Source: Promethearchaeota archaeon
GTDB lineage: Archaea > Asgardarchaeota > Lokiarchaeia > Sigyniarchaeales > SOKP01
Direction: 5' to 3'
Assembly: GCA_048938025.1 (NCBI GenBank)
Contig: JBHLMP010000019.1
Coordinates: 1 to 57,922, forward strand
Length of the DNA: 57,922 nt
This document shows, piece by piece, positions 50,038 to 57,922 of this stretch (position 1 is its first letter; every line of letters starts with the position of its first letter). A program made the translations under genes and the position numbers. A model generated the notes under the pieces. It saw nothing but the letters and a program-made list of their open reading frames with translations. It ran no database searches and had not been told where the DNA came from.

Positions 50038-50910
50038 TTATATACTTGCTAATATAAAGGCAATTAATCCAAGAAAGGCTCCAATTTTTAACAATAAACT
50101 AATTTTTGAAAAATCTTTTTTTACTAAATTCTTTTTTAACATTGATATTATAGAAAAAATGACAACAATCAATCCAAGAATCATAGTAATGAGGAATAAA
50201 ATAGGATCTATAATGGGGGTAAAAATGGGTAATACAAAAAATAAAATTGCCAATAAAGCAGAAATCATGGAAATTAATGTTGCCTTCTTTATTCCTATTT
50301 GAATAGCTAGTGTTTTTACACCCTGTTCTTTATCACCTTCAATATCCTCACAACCCTTAATTATTTCACGAGCAAGTAATAAAAAAAAGCTTGTCAAGAA
50401 AAAGAAATAAATATATAGTGGAATTGTTGAGTTATTTAAGATAGCACCATAAATCAAACCTATTGAAAAAGATACACTAACAATAATATTTCCAAAAAAA
50501 CCACTTTTTTTTCCCCAAGCAGCATAAAGCCATCCAATAAAGCCAAAAAAAGATGCAATAATTATATTAAGAAACCCTAGTTCGAATATAAAACTATGAA
50601 TAATGGAAATTGTGATTCCAATAAGCAAATATCCATAAAATAAATATAATGCTTGTTTTAATGTGATAGATCCTCTTGGAATTGGTCTTTCTGGTCTATT
50701 TATTTTGTCAATATTAATATCATAAAGATCATTGATTACCATTCCAGATCCAGCAATAAAGAAGTAAGTAAGAACACCTAAAATTATATTAAATACTAAG
50801 ATTAATGGATCAATACCTTTTCGTGTATTTAAAATCCCAATGATAACAGTTAAACTGCCCATGATATCATTAATAGGCCTAAGAATTTCAAAAGCATCCT
50901 TAAATTTCAT
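50038..50910 (-). CDS. Digeranylgeranylglyceryl phosphate synthase (UbiA family)
   Basis: RP.N, NDLYD..ID.INRP.RPIP.G and AREIIK..ED.EGD...G..TL; lipid operon context. Confidence 0.92.
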   Translation of the reverse strand: MKFKDAFEILRPINDIMGSLTVIIGILNTRKGIDPLILVFNIILGVLTYFFIAGSGMVINDLYDINIDKINRPERPIPRGSITLKQALYLFYGYLLIGITISIIHSFIFELGFLNIIIASFFGFIGWLYAAWGKKSGFFGNIIVSVSFSIGLIYGAILNNSTIPLYIYFFFLTSFFLLLAREIIKGCEDIEGDKEQGVKTLAIQIGIKKATLISMISALLAILFFVLPIFTPIIDPILFLITMILGLIVVIFSIISMLKKNLVKKDFSKISLLLKIGAFLGLIAFILASI

Positions 50911-50936
50911 ATCAAAATCCCTTAAATTGAAAAGAT

Positions 50937-51764
50937 TTACTTCTTAATGTAATTTTTATTTTTAGATTGTCCTGCATCCTTAATCTCATCAATAATAATT
51001 TTTAAAGAAGAACCATTATCCTGTATTATATTATTTTCAAGATAAGTGCCCATTACAATGATATCTGCTCCAGCTTCTATAAATGATCTTGCGTCCTCCT
51101 TATTATCAACTCCTCCTCCTGCTATTATTGGAATATTTAATATTTGCGAACAAACTTTTATATGTTCTGTCGGAATTTTTTCACTGCCAGATCCCGCTTC
51201 TAAATAGACGAGCTTGAAACCATACATCTCCGCTGCTAATGAGTATGCCGCAGTTAATTTTGGCTTATTTCGAGGAATTAATCTCGCATTTCCAATCCAT
51301 CCAGCGCTAGCTCCTGGTTCTATGATTAAATACCCCATTGAAATATATTCTAATTTCACCATTTTAATTGTGTACGAAACCAGTGCTTGTTGACCAATAA
51401 TAAAATAAGGGTCTGATGAGTTTAACAAAGACATGAAAAATATGGCATCAGCATATTGAGAAACATTACTAATGCCTCCTGGGAAAATAATTATGGGTAA
51501 ATTTACATTTTCTTTGATAGAAGAGATTGTCTTATCCACAAACACTTGATCAAACACAGTACTCCCTCCTATTAATATCGCATCTGTTCCTGCTTCTTCG
51601 GCATATTTTGCTATTTTTGCGGCCTTATTAGGTCCTTGTCTTAACGGGTCTGGATCTATAAGAGAAAAATGTAATGCTCCTTCACTATTGATTTTATTAA
51701 TGATATAATTATAGGTATTGTTTTCTACATATTCATCAACAAAAATATCAACCATTTTTTTCAC
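50937..51764 (-). CDS. Geranylgeranylglyceryl phosphate synthase (group II)
   Basis: LIDPD, IGGST, FPG, FMSLLNS, YLEAGSG and GGG. Confidence 0.95.
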   Translation of the reverse strand: MKKMVDIFVDEYVENNTYNYIINKINSEGALHFSLIDPDPLRQGPNKAAKIAKYAEEAGTDAILIGGSTVFDQVFVDKTISSIKENVNLPIIIFPGGISNVSQYADAIFFMSLLNSSDPYFIIGQQALVSYTIKMVKLEYISMGYLIIEPGASAGWIGNARLIPRNKPKLTAAYSLAAEMYGFKLVYLEAGSGSEKIPTEHIKVCSQILNIPIIAGGGVDNKEDARSFIEAGADIIVMGTYLENNIIQDNGSSLKIIIDEIKDAGQSKNKNYIKK

Positions 51765-51768
51765 ATCT

Positions 51769-53166
51769 TCAATTTTTCTTATTTCTTTTTTTTATAATCA
51801 ATCTTTCGATTTTATCATATATTTCTAAAACCTTTTCTTTCCAATCTTGAAACATATCAGGATTTTGTGGGAAATTTTTATATAGATTTGAAATCTCATT
51901 CATCCTTATTCTTAGATAATTTAAATCTAACAACAAATTAGGACGCGAAATTCCCTTAAAAGCTTTTGTAACCATATTAATTAGAGACATATTTAATCCA
52001 CCAGTTGAAGAAATCTCTAATATTTCTTCTCCACTTAATAGATCACGCTCTAATCCAAAATTTAAATCTTCATTTGAAAGAACTTGGAGAACCCTTCTTA
52101 ATAAATCTAATGAAGCAAATTCCGCTCCAAAACTTGTCATTACTTCATAATTATAATCCCATAATTTATTCAATGAATAACTTTCATCTTCAATTGCTCT
52201 TATTGCTGTATTTGCAGCATGATATCCTGCTCTCATTGATGGATCTATCCCTCCACCATGAAGTGGATTAACTTGACATGCAGCATCACCTACAAACATA
52301 ATACCATTATCAGCACAAGACCATAATGGCCTTCTTACTGGTGCTATACCCCCTCCCGTCGAAATTATCTCAAATTTAGAAGTAGTTATGAAATTATTAA
52401 ATGTGTTTTGCCTATAAAGATGTTTTACTTTACCACCATAATTCATAAATACTCCTAGACCGATATTAACTGAGGATTCATTTTTTGGAAAATACCACAT
52501 ATATCCTCCAGGAGCTTTTTCTTGATCCAAAATAATAGTAATATATTCAGGATCTTTTACTTGTAGCTCTTTGGGTGAAAATTTCACTATCTCACGATAA
52601 CACAAAATAACATCTTCATTAGAGATTTCTTTTTCAATTATTGAGCTCCTTATCTTTTTTCGCAATGGCGTATTATACCCACTTGCATCAATTACTATTT
52701 TTGATTTAAGATCGATTTTTGCTCCGTTTTTCGACCGAATTTTTACTCCTGAAACATGATCATTTGTATACAATAAATCTAATGCCATAGTATTGTCTAA
52801 AAATTGAGCTACTCCAGCATCCAGAGCTTCATTTAATAATCTCTGACCAAATTCTAATCTATTTATTATATAACCTGCTTGTTTTGGATCTACTAATGTA
52901 ATACATTTCTTAATGTTAGGAGAATAAATTTTTGCCCCCTTTATTAAACAAGATAATTCTTCATTCTTTGGATGGTTTATGTTTAAAAAGTCGAATATTT
53001 CGTTTCCTACAGCGTCTCCACATATTTTATCTCCAATTTGACTCGTTTGCTTTCTGTCAATTAAACATACACTTAACCCTTTTTTAGCAACAAACCTAGC
53101 TGCAATAGTTCCGGCAGTGCCTGCTCCAACCACTATAACATCAAAGAGTTTTTGTAAGTTTTCCAT
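51769..53166 (-). CDS. Digeranylgeranylglycerophospholipid reductase (GGR family)
   Basis: GAGTAG, KICGD, PGGY.W.FPK and GDAA..VNP.HGGGI. Confidence 0.92.
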   Translation of the reverse strand: MENLQKLFDVIVVGAGTAGTIAARFVAKKGLSVCLIDRKQTSQIGDKICGDAVGNEIFDFLNINHPKNEELSCLIKGAKIYSPNIKKCITLVDPKQAGYIINRLEFGQRLLNEALDAGVAQFLDNTMALDLLYTNDHVSGVKIRSKNGAKIDLKSKIVIDASGYNTPLRKKIRSSIIEKEISNEDVILCYREIVKFSPKELQVKDPEYITIILDQEKAPGGYMWYFPKNESSVNIGLGVFMNYGGKVKHLYRQNTFNNFITTSKFEIISTGGGIAPVRRPLWSCADNGIMFVGDAACQVNPLHGGGIDPSMRAGYHAANTAIRAIEDESYSLNKLWDYNYEVMTSFGAEFASLDLLRRVLQVLSNEDLNFGLERDLLSGEEILEISSTGGLNMSLINMVTKAFKGISRPNLLLDLNYLRIRMNEISNLYKNFPQNPDMFQDWKEKVLEIYDKIERLIIKKRNKKN

Positions 53167-53231
53167 ATTAGTTAATTAAATTACTTTTTTTAAAATAATT
53201 ATAATAGTTAAATAAAAAATGGTACATAGTG

Positions 53232-53981
53232 TTAGATAAGAGTTAGAAGATAAATAATCAATGTACTGCCTATTGGAACTGTTAAATCATCATAAGTGCT
53301 AGGAGTCAATAGTTCAATTACAGTTGCTATTGAACTTGTAATTAAAGAATACATTAAAATCGTTTCAAAAGTTAATGACTTTTGTATGTCAGGAAAAAGT
53401 AAACCGAATAGGAAAAAGGAGAGAAAACACAATAAAAATGCTGTTCCAAAGAAAGTTAGTGATCCTTCAAGAGTTCTACTTGAATTTGTCCAAGTAAAAC
53501 TGATTTTTACTTTCCCCCAACGCTTACCAATTACAGAAGCAAGAGTATCAGCAATTATCATTAGTAATATACCCGCTATTGGAAAATAAAATTGTTCAGG
53601 AGCAAAAATTGCAAAAATAAAAACTAATGATGTAATTGAGAGACAATAGAAAAAAGGTCCTTGTAAATACCCAACTTTTTCTTCTGCTTCCTCACCAATT
53701 GCATCATAAAGTTCTCTTAATTGTTTTACTTTTGACTCTTTTGAGCTTAAATATACTAATACTGTGAGTGAACCTGCAATAATTGTAGGCCAAAATGGCC
53801 AAAAATAGAAGGGAGAGGATAATATAGCTAATCCAGCAAACATATGTACAGCTTTTCTTGCGGTAAACTTAGTAATTTTATCTTTTTTCTTCAAAATTAG
53901 TGGAATAAAGATTGTTAAAAGTATGTAGATATATGCTAATAAGACAACAAATAAATCTAAAAAAAACCATGAAATTGCCAT
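53232..53981 (-). CDS. CTP-dependent polyprenol/diacylglycerol kinase family (dolichol/phytol kinase-like)
   Basis: RKAVH, G..Y, AD..AS..G...G, RTLEGS and E......DDL..P; ATG 53981 preferred. Confidence 0.85.
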   Translation of the reverse strand: MAISWFFLDLFVVLLAYIYILLTIFIPLILKKKDKITKFTARKAVHMFAGLAILSSPFYFWPFWPTIIAGSLTVLVYLSSKESKVKQLRELYDAIGEEAEEKVGYLQGPFFYCLSITSLVFIFAIFAPEQFYFPIAGILLMIIADTLASVIGKRWGKVKISFTWTNSSRTLEGSLTFFGTAFLLCFLSFFLFGLLFPDIQKSLTFETILMYSLITSSIATVIELLTPSTYDDLTVPIGSTLIIYLLTLI

Positions 53982-54290
53982 TGACGAATCATTACTCTTT
54001 ATTAATATGCGAGTAAAGTATTCCTTTTTTAATAAGGTTTTCAATAACCTTATATTTCTTACATTTCCGAATATGAAATGTTATAAAAAAACAAAATTGT
54101 TAAAAATGTTCCCTTTTGGGTTTTAAATTTGATACTGGTGGAACATGATTAAATATCCATTTTTTTAATGTGGGATATTGATACTAATGATTCGAATTTT
54201 TTGCGTAAATATAATTTTTTCATGATTTTTTCATTAAAATTTTTATTATATCGCAAATTTCCTTTTCTAAAAAATAGAAAATTATAATAA

Positions 54291-56969
54291 ATGTCAAAAA
54301 AAGCATTTGGTTCGGGTTATTTTGGTGAATGGATTGAAGATGAGTTTGGATTACCTGCCTATCGATATACATGTGATCAAATAAACGATCCAAAGGCGAT
54401 TACTCCTATAAATGAAGTGTGGCACTCCAAAACTGACCATTGGCACCAAGTAGGAAACGATCGTTTAGTTGCTTTAGCATCGAATTATGGCTATATCCAA
54501 GTACGTCAAGATGAGGGAAGTCCTAAATTTCTTAATGAATTTGACCCCGATCATGGACATTATGCAGGAGGTTTTGGTTATCTGGTAGATGGAAACCAAT
54601 ATATTAGTTCATTTTATCCCGGAAATGGGGATTTTTTTGAACGAATTTTTGGGATTGGCTATATTCGAAAAAAAGTAACAGGAAATGGACTAATTGTTGA
54701 TCAGGTTGTACTTGCTCCTTATGGAGATGATCCTATCTTGATCTCGCAAATAAAAGTCCAAAATAATCGTAATAAATCAGTTGATCTTCGTTGGATTGAA
54801 TATTGGGGTTGCCATATGTATCAATTTTCCCCCGATGCATATCTTAATGCTATGAATAAAAAAAATGTATCACTTACCAGAAAATTTCGTCGAGAATTTA
54901 GTGACCAGTTTACTCATGAATTTAAATTATTAAATGATAACGCTGGTCTTATAGAATCGAAATTCTTTAAGGATCGAAAAGATGAGAAAAAATCTACAGC
55001 ACCTAAAACCCAAGTTAGAGATATGAACCCCCCTTTAACATTTCTTATATCAATGGATGCGAAAGCAGATGGATTTAGTACTGATTCATCTTCTTTTTTT
55101 GGAAAAGGAGACGTAGAGTCTCCAGATGGTTTGAAAAAGTCTTTGAATTCAAATATTAATCTTACTGATGATAAGAGTGCTATGATACTTGAGCGAAAAA
55201 TACAATTAAATCCCAACGAAAGTAAGACAATTTATTTTGCGTATGGTTATGTCCCTGAAGGATTTGAGATTGAATCCCTTCTTAATAAATATAAAAATGA
55301 TTTAAACCAAATATGGGCGGTTTCATGTAAACATTGGAAAAAGAATCAAATAGATTTAATAATCCCAGATAATCCATGGGTACAACGAGAGATTACATGG
55401 CATAATTATTATTTACGTGGGAGTATGACCTACGATAGTTATTTTAAAGAGCATATCCTTTCACAAGGACAAGTATACCAATATATCATTGGATTTCAAG
55501 GTGCCTTACGTGATCCTTTGCAACATGCTTTACCATTTATATATAATCAACCTGAAATTGTTAGAGAAATTATAAGATATATTTTGAAAACTCTAAAACC
55601 AAATGGAGAAATACCCTATGGTATTATGGGCAGTGGTATGATATTGCCTGTTCCTTATAAGCCTTCTGATCAAAATATGTGGTTATTATGGTTAGTCAGT
55701 GAATATATTCTTGTAACACGAGATATTGATTTCCTTAATGAAGAAGTACCCATTTATCCAGTGTATGGAAGCCACGTGTTAAAAAAACTTGTCAAAGATT
55801 TATTATTAATATGTTACAATCATTTTACTGAAATCCTTGGAACAGGTAGACATGGACTTCAACGAATATTTAACGGAGACTGGAATGATGCTGTCATTCT
55901 AGGACACATTTCTGAAAAAAACCATGATGAGATTATAAAGAACGGAGAAAGTGTATTAAACGCTGCTATGGCGTCATATACTATTAGACTTTTTGGAGAG
56001 ATGTTGAATTTTTTTGGTGATACTGAAAATTCAGAAAAAGTAATCCAATATGCTAATAATCAAAGGCAAGCAGTGCATGCTCAATGGAATGGAAAATGGT
56101 TTAAACGTGCTTGGCTTACAGAGGATATCGGATGGATTGGACAAAATCAATTATGGCTTGAACCCCAACCCTGGGCAATTATAGGAGGTGCAGCAGATTC
56201 AGATCAGATGAAAATATTAGTGGAATCAATAGATAAGTTAGTACGTCAGCCCTCTAAGATTGGTGCTAGACTTCTTAGTAAAGGGATTAAGGCAATGAAA
56301 CGAGAACTAGGAATGAGAGTGAATGGGGGAATATGGTCTTCTATAAATGGTACATTAATCTGGGCTTTGTCATTGGTCAATGGGAATATGGCTTGGGATG
56401 AATGGAAAAAAAATTCACTTGCATTTCATGCAGAAAATTATCCTGAAGTATGGTATGGAATCTGGAGTGGTCCAGATGTTTATAATTCTGATCTATCAAA
56501 ATTTCCCGGTCAGACTCATTTCAGTGAAGATTTAATTAGTAGCAATAAGAAAGAAGGAGAAGCTATATATGATGAGCCATTTGCAGTGAATTGGACAGAC
56601 TTTCCAATTATGGATCTACATCCTCATGCATGGCCTTTATTCAACACCATTCACCTTATTGGCGTAAAATTTAATACTAATGGCATAGAATTGGCTCCAA
56701 TACTGCCTCAAAATGAATATAAATTTTCTTCTCCTATACTGGGATTTGAAAAGTCAAAAGAAGGATACTCTGGTTGGTATGCACCCCTTATGGAGGGTAC
56801 ATGGACAATTTCATTAAAAATTGAAAAAGAAGAATTAAAGACCATTTCATCGATAAAAGTAAATGAGAAGGAAGAAAAAGTTGTTATTGAAGATAATAAA
56901 ATAACTTTTTATGGTAAAAGCAAACCAAATAAGCCTTTAAGATGGGAGGTTATGAAGTGTTTTAAATAA
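54291..56969 (+). CDS. GH94-like glycoside phosphorylase/hydrolase
   Basis: N-terminal beta-sandwich region; RDPLQ, GDWND catalytic motif, GES, LEPQPWA and NGGIW. Confidence 0.7.
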   Translation: MSKKAFGSGYFGEWIEDEFGLPAYRYTCDQINDPKAITPINEVWHSKTDHWHQVGNDRLVALASNYGYIQVRQDEGSPKFLNEFDPDHGHYAGGFGYLVDGNQYISSFYPGNGDFFERIFGIGYIRKKVTGNGLIVDQVVLAPYGDDPILISQIKVQNNRNKSVDLRWIEYWGCHMYQFSPDAYLNAMNKKNVSLTRKFRREFSDQFTHEFKLLNDNAGLIESKFFKDRKDEKKSTAPKTQVRDMNPPLTFLISMDAKADGFSTDSSSFFGKGDVESPDGLKKSLNSNINLTDDKSAMILERKIQLNPNESKTIYFAYGYVPEGFEIESLLNKYKNDLNQIWAVSCKHWKKNQIDLIIPDNPWVQREITWHNYYLRGSMTYDSYFKEHILSQGQVYQYIIGFQGALRDPLQHALPFIYNQPEIVREIIRYILKTLKPNGEIPYGIMGSGMILPVPYKPSDQNMWLLWLVSEYILVTRDIDFLNEEVPIYPVYGSHVLKKLVKDLLLICYNHFTEILGTGRHGLQRIFNGDWNDAVILGHISEKNHDEIIKNGESVLNAAMASYTIRLFGEMLNFFGDTENSEKVIQYANNQRQAVHAQWNGKWFKRAWLTEDIGWIGQNQLWLEPQPWAIIGGAADSDQMKILVESIDKLVRQPSKIGARLLSKGIKAMKRELGMRVNGGIWSSINGTLIWALSLVNGNMAWDEWKKNSLAFHAENYPEVWYGIWSGPDVYNSDLSKFPGQTHFSEDLISSNKKEGEAIYDEPFAVNWTDFPIMDLHPHAWPLFNTIHLIGVKFNTNGIELAPILPQNEYKFSSPILGFEKSKEGYSGWYAPLMEGTWTISLKIEKEELKTISSIKVNEKEEKVVIEDNKITFYGKSKPNKPLRWEVMKCFK

Positions 56970-57023
56970 TAAAAAAATCAATCTTCATTATTCAGTTTAA
57001 TACGTTTTACAAAAATTAAACGA

Positions 57024-57058
57024 AATAGATAAAAAATACAATAGATAAAAAATACAAT
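57024..57058. repeat. 16-bp perfect tandem duplication
   Basis: AATAGATAAAAAATAC at 57024-57039 and 57040-57055. Confidence 0.8.
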
Positions 57059-57103
57059 TTTATGATAATTTAATAGATTAATAACTAAATATACTTATTA
57101 AAA

Positions 57104-57922
57104 ATGCTTAGAGTAGGGATAATAGGATGTGGTGATATCTCAAATTTAAACATACTAGGATATCTCCATTCACAAGATACTGAACTTGTTGCTGTTTCTG
57201 ATATTGATATTAAAAGAGCTCGTGAAAAACTTGAGAGATGGGGATTAAGAACTGTAAAGATTTATACAGATTATAGAAAAATGATTGATCATGAAGATTT
57301 AGAAATTGTAGAAATTTTAACTCCACATCATCTACACGCTGAAGCAACAATTTATGCTGCTGAAAAGGGAATCAAAGGTATTTCAGTTCAAAAACCTCTT
57401 GCTCACACAATTTTGGATTGTGAAAAGATGATTCAAGTATGTAAAAAAAAGAATGTAAAGTTAAAATTATATGAAAATTTTCGATTTTACCCTATATATC
57501 TAAAAGTAAAAGAATTATTGAATGAAGGAATTATCGGTGAGCTAGTAAATTTCAGAATTAATACTATTGAAGTAGGAGGCCCAAGTATGTATGTTGATAT
57601 TAAATCCTATAATTGGCGGACAAATACTGGAACATGTGGTGGATTTCCTTGGATATATGATGATGGTATTCATAAATTTTCAATGGCACTTTGGTTGATG
57701 GACCAAGAACGTGTTGAGAAAGTATACAGTTGGATAGATTTTTTTAATGGAACCCAAGATTACCCTAGTTATATATTTTGGAAATATCCAACCAAAAATT
57801 CAGATGATCCCCCAAAATATGGAACTATGGGAATAACCATTGCTCCAAATCTATATTATCCAAATAATTACTATAAATGTGATGAATTCATTGAAATATC
57901 AGGTTCAAAAGGGATGATGTGG
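57104..57922 (+). CDS. Gfo/Idh/MocA family oxidoreductase (3' end outside window; absent from the ORF track)
   Basis: MLRVGIIGCG, TPHHLH, QKPLA, ENFRF.P and DDGIH; no stop seen before the window edge. Confidence 0.9.
   Translation, partial: MLRVGIIGCGDISNLNILGYLHSQDTELVAVSDIDIKRAREKLERWGLRTVKIYTDYRKMIDHEDLEIVEILTPHHLHAEATIYAAEKGIKGISVQKPLAHTILDCEKMIQVCKKKNVKLKLYENFRFYPIYLKVKELLNEGIIGELVNFRINTIEVGGPSMYVDIKSYNWRTNTGTCGGFPWIYDDGIHKFSMALWLMDQERVEKVYSWIDFFNGTQDYPSYIFWKYPTKNSDDPPKYGTMGITIAPNLYYPNNYYKCDEFIEISGSKGMMW

Noticed and set aside
54045-54290. Possible gene remnant between the lipid kinase and GH genes
   Set aside because: Short frames give no recognisable motif.
3305-55216. Short antisense or alternate-frame ORFs in the track (e.g. 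3305-3493, 4333-4575, 6390-6593, 11591-11824, 18417-18746, 28277-28609, 43669-43935, 54914-55216)
   Set aside because: They overlap well-supported genes and have no motifs; treated as shadow ORFs.
57024-57058. Tandem 16-mer as CRISPR or iteron
   Set aside because: Only two abutting copies with no spacer; likely a slippage duplication.
1-57922. tRNA, rRNA, CRISPR arrays, transposases, integrases
   Set aside because: No GC-rich structured RNA segments, repeat-spacer arrays or mobile-element ORFs seen by eye; tRNAscan-SE or Infernal would be needed to exclude small RNAs.

Overview
AT-rich, densely coding archaeal chromosomal segment. Gene content points to an Asgard archaeon, most likely Lokiarchaeia (inferred): ether-lipid operon, archaeal AlaRS and DtdA, methanopterin/F420 genes, CooS, FtsZ and a eukaryote-like ubiquitylation operon. 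The centrepiece is a ubiquitin-like locus at about 15.1-22.9 kb. It has two paralogous modifiers with acidic, KTP-repeat N-terminal arms and a mature single-Gly end (STAG), a membrane-anchored non-conjugatable copy of the same fold, a Uba2/Uba3-like E1, an E2, an Rpn11/CSN5-like JAMM protease and a multi-pass membrane RING-variant E3. A divergent coiled-coil protein shares the KTP motif. Other highlights: up to four genes that appear to start at ATT, an amidohydrolase-arfC-cofG-cofH operon with a candidate riboflavin/F420 deaminase, an uncharacterised glycyl-radical enzyme cluster, PadR operators, an orphan DNA methyltransferase and a GNAT gene remnant. I saw no rRNA, tRNA, CRISPR array or transposase. 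All assignments come from motif recognition by eye; no searches were run.
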